Below, in pieces: positions 39,396 to 52,647 of a stretch of 64,000 nt of DNA. The translations under genes and the position numbers were made by a program. This DNA is from Octopus sinensis (Eukaryota). Location of the stretch: the NCBI RefSeq assembly GCF_006345805.1, contig NW_021834487.1, positions 248,001 through 312,000 of the forward strand. The letters run 5' to 3'. Under the pieces are notes generated by a model. That model was not told where the DNA came from and did no database searches. It worked only from the letters and a program-made list of their open reading frames with translations. Positions within the stretch are counted from its first letter, which is position 1, and each line of letters starts with the position of its first letter.

Positions 39396-41084
39396 TTTGA
39401 TATTTAAATATTAAGAACTTGTGTGTTGCAGAAGCAGAAACAATTTATTTCTCGTAAATTTTATGAACATTTTATATGAATCCTCCATATGGAGCCCGGT
39501 TGAGAACCTCTACACTGGACAAACGTTAAATGATAAAAGAACGACCAATGAATGATAAATACATCTTTACTGTGGTCGTGCCTCTGTAAAGTTGGGCATA
39601 GCTAATGTTGCTTGTTTCAAGGACGCTCGGATATTTTTCACAAAGTCTTTTATACTCTCATATAATATATCACTTAATAAACAATCTCACCTGTCCTGGT
39701 ACTGAAATTTCTGCACTGTAATCCCATCATTACACCTAACAAACTTGTTTTCTATTTTTAGTTCCGCTTTCTTTTCAATTAGATGACGCGCTTCATAATT
39801 TGCTTGCGTTGAGGAAATATTTTCATTGATATGGTTTGTTAATATAGTTTGTTATTTGCATAAGGTTTCTTTTTAAAGTGTTAGCTTGATTATATGTGGA
39901 CCCCCTTTCAGAATATCAAGCACTTATGATTAATATAACAGCCGTGTCATGAAGTGCAATCTTTACATACAAGATACAAATTCTATCCAAAAATGATGTA
40001 CTCTTTTATTATATTACAGAAGAGTCATAAGTGATGAGACCTATAAATACAATCAACGCTTGTTGCTTGGCTATATTTCACTTACCTTATTTTCAAACTG
40101 TTGTTGTTAGTCTATATCCCGCCAAAATAATTTTCTTCACACCAATCTATAGTTTTCTGAATCGATAGACATTGTTACTTTTAAATCCTTGTTCTTCAAT
40201 TTACAACAATTTTTTTTTAAGCTGCATAGTGGCAAACACACGACCTAATGACGTTGTTGCTCTTAACTTAAGCAGATTTGTTATATATCTTTGGTTCGCA
40301 TCAGAATATGTGTTAGGTAGCGGGTGTGGTTATGTTGATTGGTAGTGCAGTTGAAAACAAAAAAAGGAGTGAAATATAGACAAGTAACAACTAGTGAGAG
40401 TGGTTATAGGCTTTACCAGTTATGCTTCTTCCCAACTATAACAATACTGGCTTCAATACACGTTTTAAAACAAAATTCTTGCAAACCAAATATTAAATCT
40501 CATTATCTGTTCCTTTTTCGTCACACTCAACAGTATTACATTTTCTTTTATTAACACCAGCCACTACAAAAACGATTATTTTCATGCACTTTTACAAAAT
40601 TGATGCAAAATTTCTACTAGCGATAGTCAAGAGAACATCATTAAATATGATTGCACATAATTTGGAATGACACAAACGGTGATCATAACTTAAATTCACG
40701 CTGTCGGTTCACATTGATTATAAGAATTAATAAGAGAAAGTACATTCCGGCTGATGATTGATGCTGCAAAATAAATATTACGACTAACTGCAATATGTTT
40801 ATGCCTTACGGGATGTTCAATGCAATATATTAAATTTCTGTCTTGGTCTTAGAGTTCAAACAATTCAGTTATATTTTGATATGAATTTTAGAAAAGGTCT
40901 TCAGAAGGGCGAGTTCTAATAAGAATTCAAACGCTTCTCACTTCTAATGTAGAAAATGTCCGAGTGATAAGTGTATCTAAATTTGTTGGGTGTATAAGTG
41001 AGCGTGAAAATGTGTGTGTGTACCAGTTACGCACTCTGTGTGTGTGTGTGTGTGTGTTTGGGTGGGTGTATGTGTGTTATTTAT

Positions 41085-41300
41085 CTTTTATCTTTCACAT
41101 GCTCCAGTCATAAGACTACGACCAGGCTGAATCCGCCTGGGAGAATTTTCATCGAATGAACAGACCCCAGTCTTAACTTAATTATTTTAAGCCTGGTACT
41201 TATTATATCGGTTTCTTCTGCTGGAACGCTAGGTAGACCCACTAACACCGATTGTCAAACGGTGGTGAAGGACAACGACAGACGCAAAACACACGTATAT
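41085..41300 (-). mobile_element. SINE family A, 3' half, diverged
   Basis: AAGCCTGGTACTTATTATATCGG..CCGATTGTCAAACGG. Confidence 0.7.
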
Positions 41301-41310
41301 ATATATGTAT

Positions 41311-41346
<36 letters not shown>

Positions 41347-41364
41347 TAATATTCGTTTCAACTA

Positions 41365-42120
41365 AGGCGGCGAGCTGGCAGAGACGTTAGCACGCCGCGC
41401 GAAATGCTTAGCGGTATTTCGTCTGCCGCTACGTTCTGAGTTCAAATTCCACTGAGGTCGACTTTGCCTTTCATCCTTTCGGGGTCGATAAATTAAGTAC
41501 CAGTTACGCACTGGTGTCGATGTAATCGACTTAATCCCTTTGTCTGTCCTTGTTTGTCCTGTCTGTGTTTAGCCCCTTGTGGGTAGTAAAGAAATAGGTA
41601 TTTCGTCGGCCGCTACGTTCTGAGTTCAAATTCCACCGATGTCGACTTTGCCTTTCATCCTTTCGGGGTCGATAAATTAAGTACCAGTTACGCACTGGGG
41701 TCGATGTAATCGACTTAATCCGTTTGTTTGTCCTTGTTTGTCCAGTCTGTGTGTAGCCCCTTGCGGGCAGTAAAGAAATAAGAAACGTGAGCACGCCAGC
41801 GAAATGCTTGGTGGTTTTTCGTCTGCCACTACGCTCTGAGTTCAAATTCCGCCGAGGTCGACTTTGCCTTTCACCCTTTCGGGGTCGATTAAATAAGTAC
41901 CAGTTACGCACTGGGGTCGATATAATCGACTTAATCCGTTTGTTTGTCCTTGTTTGTCCTCTCTGTGTTTAGGCCCTTGTGGGTAGTAAAGAAATAGGTA
42001 TTTCATCTGTCTTTACGTTTCGCCGAGGTCGACTTTGCCTTCCATCCTTTCGAGGTCGATAAATTAAGTACCAGTTGCATACTGGCCCTTCCCCCAAAAT
42101 TTCGGTCCTTTTGCCTTGAG
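41365..42120 (+). mobile_element. Head-to-tail array of four family B SINE bodies
   Basis: GTCGACTTTGCCTT..ATCCTTTCG occurs four times; junctions at 41596/7, 41781/2 and 41996/7. Confidence 0.95.
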
Positions 42121-42985
42121 TAGAAAAGGATAGTCGTTTGAACTTTTTAACCCGCTTCTGGTGTTATTACACTGATTAGAAGCTGGATTTCAAGAATTAG
42201 AACTGTCCTACAATTAATTTATTACCTATTTACTCTTACGTATGTATTTTCATATCCACTGTGTATGGTATGTGTATATATATATACTTATATATAAGCG
42301 TATGTATATGAGCGTGACAGTGTGTTTTTGTACGAGCATAAGTGTACGTTCTAAATCAAGCCGTTAATAAAGAATGTTATATGGTGACAATATAAAAAAC
42401 GGATCGAGTTGAACAGTCATGGAAACCTGTTTAGAATTTCGCAGTCTCTGAGGAAGCACGTGAGGGCAGTATTGACGTGGTCGTTGCTGGGTTGTAACTT
42501 AGTTTGTATAATAAAAGCGATATGCCTTCCATGGTGTAAATTGTAGAAAATGCCTTCGGACATTAAGCGCCTGTTATGTCGATGTTGATCTCAGATAACA
42601 AACAGTTACGTTTCCGTATTCAAACTGAAGAAAAATAGAACGACACAAAATACAAGGAAACGTTAAGATTTTGAAAAAGCGTTGCTTCGTTGCAACAACA
42701 ATTTTGAGTCGCAATCACTACAACCGTTTAAAACGGTTAGAATCTGTTAATTTTGGTTCTTTATTTAATGTAGTATTAAGTACACATACATACATACACG
42801 CGTATATTCTTATTATGTATGATATATGACAACAATACAAAATCACACTGTGACCAGCATTGTGATTGATATCACATAGTCACATATATACATGTGTATA
42901 TGTACATAATCACATATACCCATGTCTAAATGCATACATATAGATATACATATGAATTAAATATCTACTTATATATATACGTATA

Positions 42986-43030
<45 letters not shown>

Positions 43031-43554
43031 TATATATATACAGAGAAAGGTACCTATAGCATACATATAGCATATATATATCTCTTATATGTACATATGC
43101 ATGCATATGCATATATATAGCATATCTATATTTCATGCACAGACACACATAGACATGTATATGCATATATGTCTTCTACTAATGTCCCGGGGCGTAAGTA
43201 GATCGTGCGTACATGCTTGTGTGTGTATGTGCGTACGTGTGTGTGTGTGTTTTTTTGCCCCCCCCCCTCTGACTCGTCACTTGTTATGACTGTTTAAAAA
43301 GTTTTCATCTTCCTCGACACAATCAACGAGATGCAGCACTGCCAAAATTTGATCTTCGTGTTGAGGTGACCAACTCTACACACCCTATTTACAAGCGATG
43401 TTATAACCAACGAAAGTGACCGACAATGTTATAACTGTGTGTGCATGCGCGACAGAGTTGAAGTTCAATGTATGCTAAGCGGCTTCACTCTGCTTGCCAT
43501 AACAACAGTCCAAATAGTTTTTGGTTAGACTACGTGTGTATATATATATATATA

Positions 43555-44010
43555 ATTGAATAAGGGTAGAAATTGATATTAAACAATTAAAACCAGTGGC
43601 CTAGCATATTAAAAAAATCTGAAGATTAAAATATTTTTTGCATACAAGATTTAAAGGACTGACCAAGAAAAGTGGACGGTCAATATGCTAGATATAGACG
43701 TCAAAATCGCTATTTTCCACGAAGAATGTGTTCTCAAGAAAAAACTCAGAACAAAACCAAAGTGTAAAAAATATGCAAGACAAATGAAAATATACGAAAT
43801 AAATACGATTACCTATGTACCGATCAGTTTCGCTTGTTAATATTCACGCATCTGAAAATCTGCAAACTCATCAGCATAGTCTATCGTATACAAACATAAT
43901 TTCCAGAACTATATATATAACGTTTGACCGGAGTCCCGCATGCATGGAGTTCACCACGTCTATATCTAGCATATTGACCGTCCACTTTTAGTGGTCAGTC
44001 CTTTAAATTT
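43555..44010. mobile_element. PLE pLTR-like element between (TA)n tracts with 53-bp internal inverted repeats
   Basis: IRs at 43649-43701 and 43956-44008; contains a hammerhead. Confidence 0.7.
43813..43879 (-). ncRNA. Type-I hammerhead ribozyme, canonical core, long stem II
   Basis: CTATG-CTGATGA-GTTTG..(26 nt)..CAAGC-GAAA-CTGATCGG-TA|CATAG. Confidence 0.8.
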
Positions 44011-44829
44011 TATATATATATAAATGTCGGACCTATTTTCATGCCATTTGAAGCCGGAGCTATGGAAATTTAGCGCTCGCCCACAGCATGAGAATAGATT
44101 CGACTAATTTTATTATTACCTTGAGAAATACTTAAAAATACTAAATTTCAAACATCTTTATCGTCAAATAGGTTCAGAGCAATTCCAAACCATAAAATAC
44201 TGTTTAACGACAGTGGTGTAATTTTCCTTGAAACTACAAACTGGAGTTTAGATACGTACCAGTTACTACAAATAAATGGTTGTACGAAAAGCACATCAAA
44301 TTGGCTTTAAATTAAGTGACGGCAGAAGAATTATCATTGAACTTTTAAAGGTAAGTTTATTGTTTCCTAGGGAATGGAAATAAGCTATTTGTACTGACCC
44401 GGAATGGGAAGACAGAAAATGTTTATCATGCAGCTTTGCAATACGTTTCAAATCGACAAATTATATCATTGTTTTGAAGAAAATTGCTCATAGCTTGAAA
44501 AATATTGTTCAAGTTTAATAAAATTTAATATATACTCAATGCATGAAGTGTCATTGTTGGGCCCAATGCCCAATGAAGAGCTCTCCATAGGAGCTAGCAT
44601 AAAAGCCACCCGAGAAGGCGGCTTTTAAGTATATATATATATATATATATATTGTATTACGCCAAGAAGCGGTGCACGGTAGCAGAAGTCTCGACACGAG
44701 TCAAACAAAGTACTCAAACTCTCGTTAGAGACTCTTAAGTTGAGTCGAGACTGACTATTTTGTAATGGCATGCAGTGGTCTTAGCTGTAATGCTAACATT
44801 AATCCCTTGTGACATTTTGAAATAATCTA

Positions 44830-45050
44830 AGGTGGCGAGCTAGCAGAATAATTTGCACGCCAGGTACAATTCTTAATGACATTTCGTCCATATTTACGTT
44901 CTGAGTTCAAATTTCTCCAAAGTAGAATTTGCATTTCATCCTTTCGATGTTGATAACATACTTACCAGTTACGCACTAGCGTCGATGTAATCGACAAGAC
45001 CCAATTCCACAAAAACTTAAAGCTTTGTGCCAATAGCAGAAAGGATATTT
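44830..45050 (+). mobile_element. SINE family B, diverged
   Basis: AAGGTGGCGAGCTAGCAGAA..TTCTGAGTTCAAAT..TTTCATCCTTTCG. Confidence 0.8.
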
Positions 45051-45294
45051 TGGAAATCATTTAATACGTACGTATCAAGTTTGCGTAATGTATAAAAAGA
45101 AATGCAACCATTACGTAAACCTTCCTCAGTTAAAGCATTTCAAAAATATCAAGAACTGTTTTAATTTATATATAAAGAAGTTAGTCGGCTTACTGCTCAA
45201 ACCACATACACTTACACACACACACACACGCATACACACACACACAAACATACTTAAACACACATAAACAGACATGTACATAAGTATATGTATA

Positions 45295-45512
45295 TACGTG
45301 GCGTGGTGAACAGTTCGTGGTTTGGGGTAAAAGAAAATACAGGTAGATCAGTTCATTATGATTTTATTCAACATATTCACCTCTCAGATTCACGCACTTA
45401 TTGCAACGGACCTTCAGTTTTTTTAAGTCCCGTAAAATGGACAGAGGGTTAGGTCTCCAACCAAGCCTTTCACGTTACCCTTAAACCATGAACTTTTCAG
45501 CTTCCCGTCGTA
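45295..45512. mobile_element. Mariner-type MITE, ~218 bp, TA-flanked
   Basis: Imperfect TIRs TACGTGGCGTGGTGAACAGTTCGTGGTTT / AAACCATGAACTTTTCAGCTTCCCGTCGTA. Confidence 0.8.
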
Positions 45513-45563
<51 letters not shown>

Positions 45564-45720
45564 GTAAAAAAGACAAACTGGAACAAGAACGCAAAACATT
45601 TAGAAGACGATACAAAAAACACGGACGGGACATTCGAAACCTTCAATCTTCAGTCAAGAACCGGATCATCTTTGCAAGTCCAAAGAAGGAAAAGAAATCG
45701 CCGACAACACGTGTGTAGTT

Positions 45721-45765
<45 letters not shown>

Positions 45766-45803
45766 GTATATTCATACACACACACACACACACACACACA
45801 TAC

Positions 45804-45838
<35 letters not shown>

Positions 45839-45930
45839 CGTGTGTGTGTGTGTGTGTATATATGCATGTATGTAACTACACACGTGCTGTCGGCGATTTC
45901 TTTTCCTTCTCTGGACTTTTCACTTTCTCC

Positions 45931-45963
45931 TTTCTGAAGAAGAGCTATACTCGAAACGTCAAA
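45931..45963 (+). ncRNA. Ultra-minimal type-I hammerhead ribozyme
   Basis: TTT-CTGAAGA-A-GAG-CTATA-CTC-GAAA-CG-TC|AAA; extra A after A9 and only a 3-bp stem I. Confidence 0.6.
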
Positions 45964-46779
45964 TTCTCTCTATTCACTGAGCCGCAAGTTGGTACATTTC
46001 TTCTTGTGCACGTCCTCTTGCTGTCCATTAATTTTACTCTGTTTTTTTAATTGACTATATGTGTGTGTATGTGTGTGTGTGTATGTATGTATGTATGCAT
46101 GTGTGTATGTATGTATGTATGTATGTATGTATGTATGTATGTATGTATGTATGTATGTATGTATGCATGTATTATGTATGTATATATGGATGGATGTATG
46201 TATGTATGCATGTATATATATATATGTATGTATGTATACAGAGACAAAGTAATAGAAAACTCAAACACTCCAACCACAGTCAGTCTGTAGCTCACAATTT
46301 CTGAAGATAAATCTTAATAATGCTTTTTGCTCTGTTACTAAGAGAAGCGAATATACGTTGTTAATTTGTTAAATTAAAGCGTCGCTATATCACTGGTACA
46401 TGTGTCGGCTTTCACTGCTCATCCTTCAATTAAACTACGATGTCGAAAGCGGACTGGTGCATTAAAAAGGATTTGAAGAATATGTTGTTTTGATTTAGTT
46501 TTTGAAACAACCAATAACTCTCTCTCTCACACACACACACACATACACCGCCAACACCTAATTGTATGCACACGCATACGTACATGCACGCGCACATAAA
46601 CACACATACACCACACACACACACACACAAACGGGTCTTTACACGTGTAATTACGCACAATAGACAACAGATAAAAAAAACCACATAAATGATATATAAA
46701 CGTATAACATCAACGTTAAACGCTTTGCCAGACAGTTTATAATAATTTTGGCAAGTTATTATATCAGAATAAGAATTGG

Positions 46780-46867
46780 CAACGGCAGGAGTAGATGTAT
46801 ACAATTCACATACGCATATGCATACGTATATTTACTCATATGTACACACATATACATATATCGTTAT

Positions 46868-46901
<34 letters not shown>

Positions 46902-47255
46902 CTATATACATACATACATATATGGTGTGTATATGCGTCTTCTGTATATGTATACATTCAATAAATATATATATATATTATGTGTGTGTGTGTGTTGTGT
47001 TGTGTGTGCGTGTGTTGTGTGTGTGTGTGTGTATAAATATACATATATAAAGATATATATTTATACATATGCTTGTATACGTTTGTATATACAAATATAT
47101 ATGTATATACATATACATATATTTTGTATGTAAACATATGTATATATGTACATATATATATATATGTATATATGATATATGTATGTGTATATATAATTAC
47201 TATACATGCATATATATTAATATAACACACACATGCTATTATATATATATATAAT

Positions 47256-47286
<31 letters not shown>

Positions 47287-47864
47287 TTAGTTATATATAT
47301 TACGTATGTAGGTATGTATATATGTGTGTAGGCATGTGTGTATGTCTGTGTATGTATGTGTGTATATATGTATGTATGTGTGTGTATGTATGTATGCATG
47401 TATGTATGTATTTGTGTGTATAAGTACATATGTATGTATGGTAGTATGAATGCATGCACATTCGTTCTATGTGTGCGTACATACCTAAAATACCCACAAC
47501 ACATATATTTCGGGTATTTGCTTGGGTTGAGTTAATAGCAAAATGAAGAAATGAGACAGCAGAGAAGAGAAGAGAAGAGAAGAGAAGAGTAAAGAAGGAA
47601 AAACAAACAAATGTAGCAGAAGAGACAAACGAAAAATTCCACATTTCCTCCTACGAGACTAAGATTCAAATAAGTCCCCGGTGCAAGCAGATGAGGCAGT
47701 AAAATAGACCCAAGGGGGGCGAACCGTTAGGTTGAAATGATGCAAGCACTTCTTAACTATGCTCTTCTTTACGTTTCTCGGCACGTTTCTGTCTACTGTA
47801 AATATATTTATGCATAAATTTATGCGCACACAAACACCCACACCCACAGACAGGCAGACACACA

Positions 47865-47921
<57 letters not shown>

Positions 47922-47957
47922 GCATCTCTCGCTCTTCTTTCTTTCTCTCTCTTTATG

Positions 47958-47988
<31 letters not shown>

Positions 47989-48420
47989 GCATACACACAT
48001 ATATATATATACCTAAATATACACATATATATACATAAACACATTTTTATATAATATGTGTGTGTTGTGTGCGCGTGTGCGCGTGTAAGCCTGTACGTGT
48101 ATATCTATATATCTTAAAATATAAGTATGTAGTGTGTTGTGTATATATATATATATTATAATATATATATATATATACATATACATACATATATATACAT
48201 ATATATACATACATATTATATATTATATAATACATATTTATATACATATATATACTTATGTTATATATATATATATTATATACATACAATAAATATATTA
48301 TATACATATACATCATCAATATATATATTGTATGCATATAATATATATACATAATTATATACATGTATATAAATAATGTATGTGTGTATACACACAAATA
48401 CACACACACATATATATATA
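46780..48420. repeat. Extended degenerate (TA)/(TG)/(CA) microsatellite region
   Basis: Direct reading. Confidence 0.9.
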
Positions 48421-48911
48421 TAAGATTGACAGTAGACAATCGGACATAGAAACAGAGAGATAGAAGAATGTGTCTGTCTGTGTATCGTTATTTTTCTTTA
48501 ATCGTTTTTACAGCCACAAACTTCCTCCAATCCCTAACGTCTGGCATGATTTGCAGGATTTTGTGTACGTCATTTTGTGCGCCACCTAACGGTTTGGCTG
48601 TCGTATGACTTTGATTAAACACATGGCAAATAAACGTCTGAAGATACGCTGCCGGAATTTAGCTTGCGTGTGGTTGGCGGTCAGAGAGCGAGAAGTGGTG
48701 GGACGGGGTGTGGAGATCAAATACTATTTATTTATTTTATTTTATCTATATATTTGTTATCCATGTGATATTTTTTATTATTTCATTGCAAGAATATTTC
48801 TTGATATTATTGCTTTTTATTAGCTTTTATTTGTTTTGCCGATTGTGTATAGTGAAAAGGAATTCTCCTCTCTATGTATTTCTCCATTTTCGCACACGCA
48901 TAAATACACAG

Positions 48912-48944
<33 letters not shown>

Positions 48945-50108
48945 AAGACACATCTACGCACATTTACGTATTCGTACACTAATCCTGTCTATATATACAT
49001 GAATGTGTTTCTGTCTATGCGTGATTGTGTATAAATATATGTGAGTGTGTATTTTTATTTGTTTGTAATGTTTGTGTGGAATATATATATATATATGTAT
49101 GTATATTTAAATTCACACACGCACTCATATATACACTCGTGCATACACTCATTCACGCACTCATATTTCCCCTCACATTCTTATGCATATGTGTACATAT
49201 ACTTCTCGGTTTCTGCGTGTGTATATATATATATGATAGATAGATGGATATATGGATAGATAGGTAGATAGATAGATAGATATACATATATACAAAATAT
49301 ATATATACATATATATATATGTATATGTATATATATTTACACACATATATATATATTATATACATGGATACATATATACGTATATATGTATATGTGTGTG
49401 TTTATAGGTTCATATTTCTGTATATGTTTGTTCGATTTTATGTATATATTTATGTAAAATGTAAATTTACATTCACACATTTACCTACCTACCAATCTCT
49501 GAGGTAGAGAGAGAGAAAGAGAGAGAGAGAGAGGGAGAGAGAGAGAGAGAAAGCGTCTAACATCTAAAGTAAATCTAGCAATGATAATGCCAGCAGCCAT
49601 ATTTTACACTCTTATAGTATCGCCTGTTATAGAAATTGAGAAGGGCAAACATTTCAAGTCACCAACTACTTCGAATCCGTCTACAATACTTAGCACAAAA
49701 GATTGGTACAAAATCTGCTGTCACCTGCAGATTCACTCCTTTCAGCTTGTTGTGTAAAAGAAAAATCACATGAACGACGTGAAGGAATGACAACGACGTA
49801 ACGTATGAGAAACGACATCATTACGATCACACTTCCCCAAAAATTAGATACTAGAAATATCTATTAGGCTCTATATAGCCATTAGGTATAAGTCGTGTTC
49901 AGCTTAGATTGAGCTTTCTCACGGCACAAAAGTACTCGATCGAACGATACATCCTACCAATAGGTCTTTTCCAATGAAATTATGAACTCACCAAACTGAG
50001 AAACTATAATTCACACGCTGACATATATACATAATTTGTATGAGATACTTTGTTAAAGGGATGTTCTATGTTTCCTCCGATGTCATTGGTGTCTGTCTGC
50101 GCCTGTAG

Positions 50109-50150
50109 ATTCTGGCAGTGTCCACAGCGAAGACAAGCAAGATGTCCTTG
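50109..50150 (+). CDS. Weak candidate 42-nt symmetric mini-exon (DSGSVHSEDKQDVL)
   Basis: GTCTGTCTGCGCCTGTAG acceptor, TTG|GTAAAG donor, phase 1-1, open frame. Confidence 0.25.
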
Positions 50151-50269
50151 GTAAAGGCACGATCGTTGTTGTTCATTGGAACATCTTAAATTATTTAATC
50201 AAAGTGTGTTTGAAGCTAGTAAGCCTAATGATACTGTATGTATTTCTGAGGCTATAAATTGGTTCTGTC

Positions 50270-50489
50270 TACTCTTTTACTCTTTTATTTGTTTCAGTCA
50301 TTTGACTGCGGCCATGCTGGAGCACTGCCTTTAGTTGATGAAATCGACCCCAGGACTTATTCTTTGTAAGCCTAGTACTTATTCTATCGGTCTGTTTTAC
50401 CGAACCGCTAAGTTACGGGGACTTAAATACACCACAGCATCGGTTGTCAAGCGACGTTGGGGGAACAAACACAAACACAAACACACACA

Positions 50490-50563
<74 letters not shown>

Positions 50564-50755
50564 CACATACATATGCATATATATACATACACATATATAC
50601 GACGAGTTTCTCTCAGTTTCCGTCTACCAAATCCACTCACAGGGCTTTGGTTGGCTCGATGCTTTAGTAGAAGACACTTGCTCAAGGTGCCCCGCAGTGA
50701 GATTGAACCCGGAACCATGTGGTTAGTAAGCAAGCTACTTACTTCATAATCACTC
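50270..50755 (-). mobile_element. SINE family A, full length
   Basis: Both halves with internal (CA)/(TA) tract. Confidence 0.9.
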
Positions 50756-50977
50756 CTGTTTATTTTCACTGAATAGATGCGTTTTATTTTTCTGGATGTT
50801 GTATAAAGATTTGTTTGGAAGTGAAAGACTGGATTTTCCTTTGGGGAGTAAGTGCACCCCACACACACCCCTGAGGTTTTTCATTCTCCTGGAATTATGA
50901 TTCGTTGTATGAGTGGTCTGTGAGTGCAGACCATGACAGTGAATAAATGAAGTGCGGTATTTTACATTTTATGAATT

Positions 50978-51335
50978 TTATTACCTCCGCCCTAGCGAAG
51001 GCGGGTGTATTGTTTGCAGTCGTGTTTACTTGTTTGCTAGTTTGTCCGTGGACAAGATATCTCAAGAACCGCTGGATGAATTCGGATTAAACTTTCAGGG
51101 ATACTGACTGGCACGAACCGATTAGATTTTGGGATCGATCTGGTACCGGACATGGATTCTGGATAATTTGTCCTGTCTTTTCACTTAAGTTTTCTGAGCG
51201 ATCGGGTACACTTTTAGTATCTTGTTTGTGAGAGCAGTCAAGTTTATTTCAGATATTCTCATTTTAAAAATCATCTCCGGCTAATCGTTGAGAAGACGTT
51301 GGTGTTGCCTTGGCAGATGTTTGCGCTCTCTGAGT
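50978..51335 (+). mobile_element. Non-autonomous DINE-1/Helentron-like element
   Basis: 5' TTATTACCTCCGCC with adjacent hairpin (..GGCGGG), GTTTGT/GTCCGT block, GATATCTCAAGAAC motif, 3' CCTTGGCAGATGTTTGCGCTCTCTGAGT. Confidence 0.55.
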
Positions 51336-51450
51336 TTATTATTGACTGAGACACGGTACTCGCGGGTGGCTATTGTAAGTCATAGTAGCCCTACTCTAAT
51401 GGTTTTATATAAGTTTATATTCTTACGTTCTCTCTTCCTTCAAAACGAAG

Positions 51451-51746
51451 ACGAAGCAGAGCGAGAAAATTTAGAATTGTGTGCGCTAAAAGATAGAGAA
51501 CAGATGGGAGAGACGTATTTGAAAAAGTCACCAACTTTGGAAGAAACAGAAAGAAGTAGTGGAATGACAGAGAATGTAAGAGACCAGGACTGCAACACTG
51601 AGAGAATATATATGGAGGATTTATTGAGAGCGATGAAACTGCAAAGCGAAGAAGAAATATGGCAGTTGTGTAAGCTCAAAGAAAAAGAACAGATGGAAGA
51701 GAAGTATTTGCAGTCGGGAGAAAATTCAGATACACAACGGAGATGA
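51451..51746 (+). CDS. Candidate terminal exon encoding a Glu-rich peptide with an in-frame internal repeat
   Basis: ELCALKDREQMGETYL and QLCKLKEKEQMEEKYL, 189 nt apart; pyrimidine tract then AG at 51449-51450; not microsatellite-derived. Confidence 0.35.
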
Positions 51747-52297
51747 ACGAAACAGAAGACTCGAGAAGAGAAACACAAGAAAAGAAAGAGAACGGGAGGG
51801 AAAAGAAATGTTACAATAATAAATGTGGGGAAAAAAAACGTAGATGGTAAGTATAATTACGAGTGTAACGCAACTAATTGGGTTTTTTTTTTAAATATGA
51901 ATTGAACTGCAAATGAACTGAGAATTGAACTTGTGTTATTTGTCTGTGAAATTTAAAATGTAAAAAAAAAAAGGAAAAAGTAACGACTGGAAAAAAAAGA
52001 TAAAATAGAAAAAGAAAATACAAAGACTAATGTGAACAATTAATGATAAATTCTACGATATTGATAAGAAGACCATCACGGTTTCGCCTCACAGTGAGAA
52101 CCGATGGTATTGAGAATTAATGTGAAAAATTTCACAATTCGTCTCTCTGCGAGAGTGAATCGAACAGCTTCATTCTCATTAATTATTAATCACTCCATCA
52201 ATCATACATCATTTGTTTTATGTTCCCGTTTTGCCTTGTTTTCTCCCCTCTATGTAATCAGGCCATTATGCCTATAATAAAGAGAAAAGGACACGAT

Positions 52298-52347
52298 AAC
52301 CTGAACTGATGATTGACAATACCCAGAAACATGCATGTATTCAGGTT
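52298..52347 (+). ncRNA. Type-I hammerhead ribozyme, canonical core, mutated stem II
   Basis: AACCTGAA-CTGATGA-TTGA-CAATA-CCCA-GAAA-CATGCATG-TA|TTCAGGTT. Confidence 0.75.
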
Positions 52348-52580
52348 GCTGTTCCTAGCTGGTGGGCGTGCTTGCCTCCCCTTTGCGAATATAAGGACAC
52401 AGAAAATGTGTCAAAGCCGACAGGAAGCGTCGATGCTTCCTAGGGCTATATAGCGGTGGTGTAATTCCCTCTACGGGACTGTCACGTTATGTTGACTTTA
52501 TACAACCACTTTATCGCTCCACCACCGCTCATGTCTCGTTGAGACATTTAGAAATTCATTATTTCTAATATATATATTTC

Positions 52581-52644
<64 letters not shown>

Positions 52645-52647
<3 letters not shown>

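Noticed and set aside
41365-42120. CRISPR-like repeated GTCGAC..GGGGTCGAT motifs
   Set aside because: The intervening sequences are homologous to each other rather than unique spacers; this is a SINE multimer in a eukaryotic genome.
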